A stretch of DNA of 64,000 nucleotides from Candidatus Krumholzibacteriia bacterium (GTDB lineage: Bacteria; Krumholzibacteriota; Krumholzibacteriia; LZORAL124-64-63), in NCBI GenBank assembly GCA_041908585.1, contig JAYRFB010000199.1:88-64087 (forward strand). The letters are read 5' to 3'. Shown in pieces: positions 13,897 to 21,801 of the stretch (its first letter is position 1; each line of letters starts with the position of its first letter). Under the pieces are notes generated by a model that saw only the letters and a program-made list of their open reading frames with translations, was not told where the DNA came from and did not search any database. Both the position numbers and the translations under genes were made by a program.

Positions 13897-14841
13897 GTGT
13901 CCCGATCACGCCGATCCCGGACCGTCGACACCGCCTGCGCGCTGCTGCCGCTGCTGTTGGTGTCCGCCTGCGCCGACGACCCGCAATCCCCGCCCGCGGC
14001 CGCGCCGACGCACGACCTGGTCTTCGAGGGCGCGCTTGCGGGCGTGCCCGAGCTGCTGCGCCTGGACGCGGTGACCGGCGAGGTCATGCGCGTGCTGCCG
14101 CCGGGCACCGTCGCCATGGACCCGGCGCCGTCGCCTGACGGCGCGCGGATCGCCTTCGTCGTGGCGGACTACGTCGAGGGCACGGGCGACATCTTCGTCT
14201 GCGACCGCGACGGCGGCAATGTGCGGCAGCTGACCGACGACCCCGAGCTGGACGACCAGCCCGCGTGGTCGCCCGACGGCGCGCGGATCGCCTTCCGCAG
14301 CTACCGCACGCTGCGCGAAGGGGACATCTGGGTCATGGACGCCGACGGCGGCAACCCCGTGGACCTGACTCCGGACCCTTTGCCGGGCATCAACGACGAA
14401 CGCTCGCCATGCTGGTCGCCGGACGGCGCGCGGATCGCCTACATCAGCACGGCAGGCGGCAACCGTGACGTGTGGACGATGGCCGCCGACGGCTCGGCCC
14501 CGCTGCGGCTCGTGAGCACGATCGACCTCGAGGCCGAGCCGGCCTGGTCGCCCGACGGCTCGGTCATCGCGTACCGGCAAAGCTCGCAGGATGACGGCTC
14601 GGACATCTGGCTGGTGCCGGCGGCCGGCGGCGACGCGACCGGCCTCCTGATGCCCGGCGAGCAGCGATTGCCCGCGTGGTCGCCGGGCGGAACGCGGCTG
14701 GTGTTCGTCTCGCAGGCGACGATCGGCGACCGGCCCGACCTGTGGGAGATGCGCGCGGACGGTGCGGGGGCGCGGTTGCTGGTTGGTGACGCGGTGCCGG
14801 GCGGGTGCGTGAACCCGGCCTTCCTGCGCCGCGCTGACTGA
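13897..14841 (+). CDS. PD40 / TolB-like beta-propeller lipoprotein
   Basis: GTG start has GGAGGA 7 nt upstream. The lipoprotein signal is ALLPLLLVSACADD. The motif P(A/C)WSPDG(A/S)xIA(F/Y) is repeated five times. The longer ORF-track start at 13786 would overlap the helicase terminator. Confidence 0.8.
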   Translation: MSRSRRSRTVDTACALLPLLLVSACADDPQSPPAAAPTHDLVFEGALAGVPELLRLDAVTGEVMRVLPPGTVAMDPAPSPDGARIAFVVADYVEGTGDIFVCDRDGGNVRQLTDDPELDDQPAWSPDGARIAFRSYRTLREGDIWVMDADGGNPVDLTPDPLPGINDERSPCWSPDGARIAYISTAGGNRDVWTMAADGSAPLRLVSTIDLEAEPAWSPDGSVIAYRQSSQDDGSDIWLVPAAGGDATGLLMPGEQRLPAWSPGGTRLVFVSQATIGDRPDLWEMRADGAGARLLVGDAVPGGCVNPAFLRRAD

Positions 14842-14956
14842 AACCGTCGCGGGCAGCAGCGCGCCGGCGCAAGCACCGCCCGAGCGGCAGGACCTGCGCC
14901 GGCGCAACCCGGACGCAACTTGGACGCGGGAGTTGCGGGTGCTCCCGGCCTTTCGC

Positions 14957-15343
14957 CTACTTCTTCTTCCCGCAGGTCGCCTTGCTCGGGCAGGCGCCGC
15001 AGGCGCTGTGGTCGGCGGCCTTGCCGTCCGCGGGGGCCACGCCCTCGAGCTTCGCCTCGGGGGCGACCTTGGCGACGGCCTCCGTCAGCTTCCCGGGGTC
15101 GGTCTTGCCGGGCGTGAAGGTCACCAGGAACTTGCCGGCGGCCGCGTCGGCCTTCGCCGCGACGACGCCCTTGACCTTGGACAGGGCGACGGTCAGGTCC
15201 TTGACGACGGCCTCGTCACCCAGGTTCGGCACGGCGAATGTCGCCACCTCGGGCGCCTTGTCCTCGGCCAGGGCGGGCAGGGCGAAGGCCAGCAGCAGCA
15301 GGGCGGCCAGCGCGGCGGTCAGGGCTTGCTTGCGGTTGCGCAT
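14957..15343 (-). CDS. Secreted HMA-fold-like protein lacking the MxCxxC site, with a Cys-rich C-terminal tail
   Basis: Signal peptide MRNRKQALTAALAALLLLAFALPALA. The body looks like a ferredoxin-like beta-alpha-beta-beta-alpha-beta fold (ATFAVPNLGDEAVVKDLTVALSKVKGVV...KFLVTF). The tail is HSACGACPSKATCGKKK. Confidence 0.6.
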   Translation of the reverse strand: MRNRKQALTAALAALLLLAFALPALAEDKAPEVATFAVPNLGDEAVVKDLTVALSKVKGVVAAKADAAAGKFLVTFTPGKTDPGKLTEAVAKVAPEAKLEGVAPADGKAADHSACGACPSKATCGKKK

Positions 15344-15369
15344 CGACGACTCCTCGGTTCGGGGTTGGG

Positions 15370-15789
15370 TCACTCTTCCTCTGCGGACGCGATCTTCACG
15401 CCATCCATCTCGACGACCTCGTAGAGGCCGAACAGGTACTCGCCGGTCGCGGGCTCGTGCACGGGCGCCTCGAGGGCCTCGCGCAGCGTTGCTGCGTCGA
15501 CCAGCGTCGGGTCGAACGTGATCTCCAGGCGCGCGCGCGACGCGAACGCCTCCAGGCGCCTGACGCCGGCCAGCCCGTCGAGCTGCCGCGCGGCGCGCTC
15601 GGCGGTGTCGACGCACTTGACGCCCTTGACCACCAGCACCGACGTGCGCAGCGCTGCCGCACCGTCCGGCGCGCCCGCCGCCGCGTACTCCCGCACCAGG
15701 CTCGGCGCCACCAGCAGCCTGGAGCCGGCCACGCCGCCGGCCGAGAATACGACGACCAGCAGCGGGATGACCCAGGCCGGCGCCCTCAT
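15370..15789 (-). CDS. Membrane-anchored HMA-fold-like protein with a degenerate metal site
   Basis: N-terminal TM MRAPAWVIPLLVVVFSAGGV. The HMA-like core VLVVKGVKCVDTAERAARQLDGLAGVRRLE has only the first Cys of the usual CxxC. Its ATG overlaps the upstream stop by 4 nt. Confidence 0.6.
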   Translation of the reverse strand: MRAPAWVIPLLVVVFSAGGVAGSRLLVAPSLVREYAAAGAPDGAAALRTSVLVVKGVKCVDTAERAARQLDGLAGVRRLEAFASRARLEITFDPTLVDAATLREALEAPVHEPATGEYLFGLYEVVEMDGVKIASAEEE

Positions 15790-16676
15790 GTCCGGGCCTC
15801 CGCGCGGGCACAGTCGGACCCAACGCGCGGCAGGGCCAGCTCCAGCGCCTGGGGCGACGGGCAGGCGGCCGTGCACTCGAGGCACAGCGTGCACTCGCCC
15901 GAGCGCACCTCGTCCACGTTGGATACCTGCAGCGCCTGCGGGCAGGCGCGGTCGCAGGCGCCGCAGCCGGTGCAGTGGCGCGGGCTGCGGGCCAGCCTCA
16001 GCGCGCCCGCGCGCGACAGCGGCCACATCACGATGCCGAGGGGGCACAGGTACTTGCACCAGGCCAGCGGCAGGGCCAGGCCCAGCAGCAGCAGGCCGCC
16101 CAGCACGGCGTAGCTCCAGGGCTGCACGTCGTGCCCGTGGGCGCTGAACAGGATGTAGTAGGGGTCGTAGCCGCGGAAGACGAGCTCGCCCGTCTTCCAG
16201 GTGGCCGCGAGGACCAGGGCCAGCACCGCCAGGCGCAGGCCGACCTTGAGGCCGCGATCGACACGCGCGGGCAGGTGCCACGGACCGGCGAAGTCGCGGC
16301 GGCCGGACAGGCGCCGGGCCAGCTTCGCCTCCCACTCGAGCACCGCGCCCACCGGGCACACCCAGCCGCAGAACGCCTTGCGCGCGACCAGCGTGAGCGC
16401 GACCAGGGCCGCGAAGAGCGCCAGGTTCGTCTCGCCCGCGGCGCAGGAGAACTGGCGCCGGGTGAAGAAGCTGTACGCGGTCTCGAGGCCGCCGAAGGGG
16501 CAGTACGTCTCGACGGAGACCAGCGAGCGGCCCAGCGCGAAGCGCACGCCGGCGGTGATCGCGGCGATCACGACGGCGAGCTGGAAGATCAGGCGCAGGC
16601 GCGGCACGTGGTGGTTCCCCCGGAGCGGGGGACCGGGCAGGCCCTCACCGCCGGGCGATAATACCACCCCGATCAT
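15786..16676 (-). CDS. NapH/MauN/CcoG-type membrane polyferredoxin (4Fe-4S binding protein)
   Basis: Membrane CxxCP-type motifs YCPFGGLE, CGWVCPVGAV and CKYLCPLG, plus two ferredoxin motifs CTGCGACDRACP and CTLCLECTAACP. The start is uncertain; an internal GTG before the first TM is possible. Confidence 0.8.
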   Translation of the reverse strand: MIGVVLSPGGEGLPGPPLRGNHHVPRLRLIFQLAVVIAAITAGVRFALGRSLVSVETYCPFGGLETAYSFFTRRQFSCAAGETNLALFAALVALTLVARKAFCGWVCPVGAVLEWEAKLARRLSGRRDFAGPWHLPARVDRGLKVGLRLAVLALVLAATWKTGELVFRGYDPYYILFSAHGHDVQPWSYAVLGGLLLLGLALPLAWCKYLCPLGIVMWPLSRAGALRLARSPRHCTGCGACDRACPQALQVSNVDEVRSGECTLCLECTAACPSPQALELALPRVGSDCARAEART

Positions 16677-16703
16677 GAATGGTCAAAATCAGGCGTGGCA
16701 GCC

Positions 16704-18446
16704 TCAGTAGCCCGCCACGCCCCCGTCGAACGACCGCGAGTCGGCCGCTCCCTGCCGCCAGCCCGTCTCGCGGTCGACGGTGATCGCCATGACGATGCCC
16801 TGCGGCAGGCGCCGCTTCACCGCGTGGCCCAGCGCCGCGTACTCGCGCCGCACCTCGGGTGGGAAGCCGTGCGCCTCGAACTGCGTCACGTCCGGCAGCC
16901 ACTGGTGGTGGATGCGGGGCGCCTCCACGGCCTCGCGCACGTCCATCCCGAAATCGATGACATTGAGCACCACCTGCAGCACCGAGTTGATGATGGTGCG
17001 GCCGCCGGGGCTGCCGACGACCAGCACCGGCACGCCGCCGCGCGCGACGACCACCGGCGTCATGCTCGAGAGCATGCGCGCGCCGGGGCGGACCAGGTTG
17101 GGCGGCGTGCCGACGCCGCCGCGGCGGTCGGTGCGGCCGGGAATCGCGTTGAAGTCGCCCATCTCGTTGTTGAGCAGGAAGCCGGTGCCGGGTGCCATCA
17201 GCGTCGAGCCGTACGATTCCTCCAGGGTATAGGTCAGCGAGACGGCGCCGCCGGCGGCGTCGACAACGGAGAGATGGGTGGTCTGTTCGCTCTCGCCGGC
17301 CAGCCAGGCGCCGGCGAACGCGCTGCTGTCGCTGGGCGAGGCGCGATCGGGCGCGATGGTGGCGCGCAGCAGAGCCGCGCGCTCCTTCGACAGCAGCCTC
17401 GCCAGCGGCAGGCCGGGATTCGCCTCCGGGTCGCCCAGGTGGCGGGCGCGGTCGGCGTAGGCGCGGCGCATCGCCTCGGTCAGCAGGTGCAGGTACGCCG
17501 GCGAGTTGTGGCCGAGCGCCTGCAGGTCGTCGCCCTCCAGCAGGTTGAGCATGGCGATGAGCGCCACGCCGCCTGACGACGGCGGTCCCATCGAGACGAC
17601 GTCACAGCCGCGGTAGGTGCCGCGCACCGGCTCGCGCTCGATCGCACGATAGGCAGCCAGGTCGGACTCGGTGACCAGCCCGCCGTGCGCGCGCATGAAC
17701 GCCGCCAGCAGGCGCGCCGTCTCGCCCTCGTAGAAGCCCGCGGCTCCACGGTCGCGGATGCGCAACAGCGTCGCCGCCAGGTCGGGCTGGCGCAGCGTCT
17801 CGCCCGGGCGCAGGGGGCGGCGGCCGTCGGCCAGGAAGGCCGCGCGCGTGGCCGCGTGCAACGTGTCGGTTGTGGTCGCCAGCCAGTCGCACCAGTCGCG
17901 CATGCCCTGGGAGAAGGTGAAGCCGTCCTGCGCCAGCTCGATCGCCGGTTGCACCAGCTCGGCCCAGGGCCGCGTGCCGTGTCGCTGGTGCGCCAGCCAC
18001 AGGCCGGCCACGGTGCCGGGCACGCCCACCGAGAGCGGCCCGCGATGGTTGCTGGTGTCGCGCACCGCGCCATGCTCGTCCAGGAACATGCGCTCGTGCG
18101 CGGCGGCGGGCGCCGTCTCGCGGAAGTCGTAGCTCGTGGCGCGGCTCTGGGCGTCGTGGTAGAGGAGGAAGCCGCCGCCGCCCAGGTTGCCGGCCTGAGG
18201 GTAGACGACCGCCAGCGCGAACGCGGTGGCGATGGCGGCATCGACCGCGTTGCCGCCGTCGCGCAGGATCCGCGCGCCGACGTCGGCCGCCAGGTGGTGG
18301 TCGCAGGCGACCAGGCCGTGGCGGGCCGCGACCGGCGGCGTGCCTGCGTGTGCCGTGGCGGGCAGGCACGCCGCCAGCGCGGCGGCCAGCGCGAGCGCGG
18401 TCGCGATTCGGGCAGGGCGGCAGCGGGACGCTGGGGGCGTTCGCAT
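16704..18446 (-). CDS. ggt: Gamma-glutamyltransferase
   Basis: Start chosen at MRTPPASR...ALALAAALAACLPATAHA (signal peptide). The autoprocessing/catalytic region is GESEQTTHLSVVDAAGGAVSLTYTLEESYGS, and GSPGGRTIINSVLQ is also present. Confidence 0.9.
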   Translation of the reverse strand: MRTPPASRCRPARIATALALAAALAACLPATAHAGTPPVAARHGLVACDHHLAADVGARILRDGGNAVDAAIATAFALAVVYPQAGNLGGGGFLLYHDAQSRATSYDFRETAPAAAHERMFLDEHGAVRDTSNHRGPLSVGVPGTVAGLWLAHQRHGTRPWAELVQPAIELAQDGFTFSQGMRDWCDWLATTTDTLHAATRAAFLADGRRPLRPGETLRQPDLAATLLRIRDRGAAGFYEGETARLLAAFMRAHGGLVTESDLAAYRAIEREPVRGTYRGCDVVSMGPPSSGGVALIAMLNLLEGDDLQALGHNSPAYLHLLTEAMRRAYADRARHLGDPEANPGLPLARLLSKERAALLRATIAPDRASPSDSSAFAGAWLAGESEQTTHLSVVDAAGGAVSLTYTLEESYGSTLMAPGTGFLLNNEMGDFNAIPGRTDRRGGVGTPPNLVRPGARMLSSMTPVVVARGGVPVLVVGSPGGRTIINSVLQVVLNVIDFGMDVREAVEAPRIHHQWLPDVTQFEAHGFPPEVRREYAALGHAVKRRLPQGIVMAITVDRETGWRQGAADSRSFDGGVAGY

Positions 18447-18631
18447 AGGCTGGCCTTTCGGGCGGCGGTCGGGACGGCGCCGGCGCCGTCGATCCTGATC
18501 CGGACCATTCATGAAGGACCGGCCGCGGCGGGTCAACCGCCCATCTGCGGCGGCGGGCCCGGCTCCGGCACGGCCCCGGCGCCGTAACAGGCTAAAGAAA
18601 CTCCGATTTGCCGAGCGGGGCGCGAACGGCG

Positions 18632-19309
18632 ATGCTGCCGCGCATGGACCAACGCTCCCGCCTGCTCGCCGGCCTGGCCGCCCCGCTGCTCGTGGCGTTC
18701 GGCCTTGTGGTCCTGCGCAGCGCGCCCTTCGTGTTCGTGGCCTACCACCTCGGGCTCTGCCTGCTGGTGCCCTCCTGGCTGGCGCGGCGCTCGGGCCGCG
18801 GGCTTGGCGAACATGCGCGGACCCTCGGCCTCGGACGCCGCGGGTTGCAATCCGGGCTCTTGCTCGGGCTGGCCTCGGCGCTGGTTCCGCCGGTGGCGTT
18901 CGCGCTGGCGCCCTCGCTGTTTCCCGACGCGACGCACCTGCGCGGCACGCTGGCCGCCTGGGGCCTGCCGCCGCAGGCGCCGGCCTTCTTCCTGTTCTTC
19001 CTGGCCGTCTTCAACGGCCCGGCGGAGGAGCTCTACTGGCGCGGCTGGCTGCTGCGCGAGCCGACTCCCCGCTGGCCGCTGCGCGCGGCGCTGGTGCTGC
19101 TGTTCACCTCGTACCACGTGCTGACGATCGGGCGGCTGGCGCCGACCGCCGGCGCCGCCGCGCCGCTGACCGTCGTCACGCTGCTGGGCGCGCTCGCCTG
19201 GACGTGGATGCGGGCGCGATGGGAATCGGTGTGGCCGCCGCTCTGTTCGCACGCGGGCGCAACCTGCGGCTACCTGTACGTCTGCGCGCGCCTGCTGGCC
19301 GAGGGCTGA
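18632..19309 (+). CDS. CPBP-family intramembrane glutamic endopeptidase (CAAX protease-like)
   Basis: Multi-TM protein with the EELYWRGWLL and FTSYH motifs. The start could be TTG 18608, ATG 18632 or ATG 18644. Confidence 0.75.
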   Translation: MLPRMDQRSRLLAGLAAPLLVAFGLVVLRSAPFVFVAYHLGLCLLVPSWLARRSGRGLGEHARTLGLGRRGLQSGLLLGLASALVPPVAFALAPSLFPDATHLRGTLAAWGLPPQAPAFFLFFLAVFNGPAEELYWRGWLLREPTPRWPLRAALVLLFTSYHVLTIGRLAPTAGAAAPLTVVTLLGALAWTWMRARWESVWPPLCSHAGATCGYLYVCARLLAEG

Positions 19310-19397
19310 TCGCGGCGACGCGCGATAATTTCTGGTGCAGGCGCCCGCCGGTGCGCTACCTTGCGCGGGTCCTATCGTGGCCCTATCCGTCCCTGCC

Positions 19398-20918
19398 ATG
19401 GAGTCGGTCTTGACCTCGACCCGCACGGTCGCCCGCAACACTCTCTACCTCTCGATCGGTCTGTTCAGCGGGCGGATCCTCACGGTCTTCGTCTACCAGA
19501 AGATGGCCGGCATCCTCGGGCCGGCCGGCGTGGGCATCGCCAACCTGGCGATCGATGTCTCGTCGATCCTCCTGATCGTCGCCAACTACGGGCTCGGCAC
19601 GCTGATCACGCGCGAGGTGGCGCGCGACCGCAACCTGACTCTGTCGGTGATGTGGGCGGCGCTCAGGATCCGCCTGGCGCTGGCCATCGGCTGCTTCGCC
19701 GCGCTGTATGCCTATGCCGCGGCATCCGGCTTCGGCGACCTGCAGCGCCACGCCCTCTACGTGATGGGGCTGGGCATCTTCCTCGAGGCCACGGCCATGG
19801 CCTGCGACGCGGTGCTGCAGGCGCACGATCGCGTCATCTCGCAGATGTGGGGGCAGATCGCCTCGGCCGTCGCCTACTTCGTCCTGGCCTGGTGGTGGCT
19901 GGACGCGGGATACGGCGTGATGGGGATCATGTGGGCGAACGTGGCCAGCCGCGCCGTCCGCCTGCTCATCATGGCGCCGCTGATGTTCGTCGGCACCGGC
20001 CCCTGGCTGCGGAACCCGCCGGGCCGCGCGGATTCGGGCGCCACCACGTCCCGCGGCCTGCTGGTGATGGCCTGGCCGATCTTCCTGGCCTCGACCTTCG
20101 GCATCCTGCACTTCAAGATCGACACGCCGCTGGTGCGCTACTTCATGGGCAGCGACGACGCCGTCGGCATCTACACGCAGGGCCACCGCGCGCTGGACTA
20201 CCTGGCCTACCTGCCGGGCCTGTTCGCCACCGCGCTGTTCCCGACGCTCATCCGGGCCGCGAAGGACGAGGGCGGGCTCGAGCGCGTCAGCGAGCGCGCC
20301 CTTCGTTACCTGCACCTGCTGGTGATGCCGCTGACGTTGCTGTTCGCCCTGACCGCCGAGCCGGTGACGATGTGGCTGGTCCAGGGACGCGAGGGCTTCG
20401 CCGACTCGGTGATCGTCTTCCGCATCGTCGTCTGGGGCATGCCGTTCCTGGCCGCGACGAACGTGCTGAACCGCATGCTGTACACGGCCGGCCGCGAGCG
20501 CTCGTTCGTCGTCATCGCCGTCGCCACGCTGGCGTTCAACCTCGGGGTGAACTCGCTGGCCATCCCGCGCTGGGGCTACTTCGGGGCCAGCTGGGTGGTC
20601 GTGGCCAGCCAGGCGCTCAGCGCGCTGCTGCACTGGTACTACGTGCGGCGCGCGGGACTCGCGCTGCCGGTCGCGCGATCGCTCGTCAATGCGACGGGGG
20701 CGCTGCTCCTGTCGTGGCTGGCGGGCGCGGGGCTGTCGATGCTGGTCGGTCCGCACTGGGGCACGTCCTGGTGGGCGCTGCCCACGGGGGCGGGCTGGGG
20801 ACCGACGCTCGTCGTCATCGCCCTGTGGGCCGTCTGCTACATCCCGTCGCTGTGGGCCGCGCGCGCGGTCACCAGGGCGGACCTGCCCGTGCTGCGGTCG
20901 CTGGTTCGCCGCGGCTGA
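19398..20918 (+). CDS. MOP-superfamily oligosaccharide/polysaccharide flippase (Wzx-like)
   Basis: About 14 hydrophobic segments. The N-terminus TVARNTLYLSIGLFSGRILTVFVYQKMAGILGPAGVG is typical of Polysacc_synt proteins. Confidence 0.8.
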   Translation: MESVLTSTRTVARNTLYLSIGLFSGRILTVFVYQKMAGILGPAGVGIANLAIDVSSILLIVANYGLGTLITREVARDRNLTLSVMWAALRIRLALAIGCFAALYAYAAASGFGDLQRHALYVMGLGIFLEATAMACDAVLQAHDRVISQMWGQIASAVAYFVLAWWWLDAGYGVMGIMWANVASRAVRLLIMAPLMFVGTGPWLRNPPGRADSGATTSRGLLVMAWPIFLASTFGILHFKIDTPLVRYFMGSDDAVGIYTQGHRALDYLAYLPGLFATALFPTLIRAAKDEGGLERVSERALRYLHLLVMPLTLLFALTAEPVTMWLVQGREGFADSVIVFRIVVWGMPFLAATNVLNRMLYTAGRERSFVVIAVATLAFNLGVNSLAIPRWGYFGASWVVVASQALSALLHWYYVRRAGLALPVARSLVNATGALLLSWLAGAGLSMLVGPHWGTSWWALPTGAGWGPTLVVIALWAVCYIPSLWAARAVTRADLPVLRSLVRRG

Positions 20919-20967
20919 GCCGTCCACCGGCCGGGGTCCACCGCGGCGTGATCCCATGATTTAATTT

Positions 20968-20995
20968 TTGACAGCCCGGGGCGACTTGTTAGATT
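20968..20995 (+). promoter_or_regulatory. Sigma70-like promoter of the dtxR-feoB unit
   Basis: TTGACA (20968-20973), a 16-nt spacer, then TAGATT (20990-20995), all within an AT-rich island. Confidence 0.45.
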
Positions 20996-21006
20996 TGCCT
21001 AACAAG
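20985..21006. promoter_or_regulatory. Perfect inverted repeat CTTGTTAG-N6-CTAACAAG; candidate metalloregulator operator
   Basis: The 8-bp arms are exact reverse complements. The repeat overlaps the -10 element and lies 11 nt upstream of the repressor ATG. The TTAG...CTAA core recalls DtxR/IdeR boxes. Confidence 0.5.
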
Positions 21007-21016
21007 GAGCGAGCCC

Positions 21017-21757
21017 ATGGCGGAATTGAGCCAGAATCACCCCCTGACGCCGGCCCTCGAGGACTACCTGGAGTCCATCTACCAGCTGGTCCGCGAGGCG
21101 GGATTCGCGCGCGTGCGGGACATCGCCAAGGCCCGCAACGTGCGGGCCGCCTCGGTCACGCCGGCCATGCGGCGGCTGGATGAGCTCGGCCTGATCCGCT
21201 ACGAGCGGCGCGAGTACGTGGTCCTGACCCCGCAGGGCGAGGATGCGGCGCGTCGCGTCTTCGGCCGCCACCAGCTGCTGTCGCGGTTCTTCTCCACCTT
21301 CCTGGGCCTGGGCGACGCCGAGGCCGACGCCAATGCCTGCGCCGTGGAGCACGTCCTGACCCCCGCGGCGATCGACCGGCTGGCGCGCTACTTCGAGTTC
21401 GTGGCGCTGTGCCCGGACGCGGCGGGCCTCGTCCAGAAGTTCCGGGAGTGCTCACTGGTGCAGGGGGAGGCCCCGCCCTGCGCCGCACATTGCCAACTTC
21501 AGGGGCTGGCTCCGGCCGGAAAGGGTGCGCACATGAGCATCGCCGAACTGACGCCCGGACAGAGCGGGCGGATCCGGCACGTCGGCGGCGGCGGCCTGGT
21601 GCGTCAACGCCTGCTGGACATGGGACTGCTGCCGAATGCCGTCGTGGAGATGGCGCGGCGGGCGCCGACGGGCGACCCGCTGTGGATCCGCATGCAGGGT
21701 TTCGAGCTGGCGCTGCGGGCCTCCGAGGCCGCGGTGGTGCAGGTGGAGTCGCTGTGA
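21017..21757 (+). CDS. DtxR/IdeR/MntR-family metal-dependent repressor with a C-terminal SH3-like (FeoA-type) domain
   Basis: AAGGAG RBS. The N-terminal wHTH is LEDYLESIYQLVREAGFARVRDIAKARNVRAASVTPAMRRLDELGLI. The C-terminus is LTPGQSGRIRHVGGGGLVRQRLLDMGLLPNAVVEM. Confidence 0.85.
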   Translation: MAELSQNHPLTPALEDYLESIYQLVREAGFARVRDIAKARNVRAASVTPAMRRLDELGLIRYERREYVVLTPQGEDAARRVFGRHQLLSRFFSTFLGLGDAEADANACAVEHVLTPAAIDRLARYFEFVALCPDAAGLVQKFRECSLVQGEAPPCAAHCQLQGLAPAGKGAHMSIAELTPGQSGRIRHVGGGGLVRQRLLDMGLLPNAVVEMARRAPTGDPLWIRMQGFELALRASEAAVVQVESL

Positions 21758-21801
21758 ACCGGCGCCTTTTTTTTGCGCGTGAATGTAGAGGTGTCTAACA
21801 A

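Noticed and set aside
20969-20984. The exact 16-mer TGACAGCCCGGGGCGA, shared by the dtxR promoter region and the 61749-61764 intergenic region (19 nt with one mismatch).
   Set aside because: It is tempting to read this as a shared regulatory motif. My rough estimate for a 64-kb sequence of this base composition is that a few identical 16-mers are expected by chance, and the second copy starts with the ykgJ stop codon. It is not significant without genome-wide counts.
21017-21757. The DtxR-FeoA fusion as a novel architecture.
   Set aside because: The third (SH3-like) domain of classical DtxR/IdeR repressors is itself FeoA-type, so this is a normal three-domain repressor. Only the absence of a separate feoA is noted.
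21767-21774. The T8 run after the dtxR-like gene as an intrinsic terminator.
   Set aside because: It is preceded only by a 4-6-bp GC palindrome with no real stem-loop. It is more likely a spacer or UP-like element between the coupled repressor and feoB genes.
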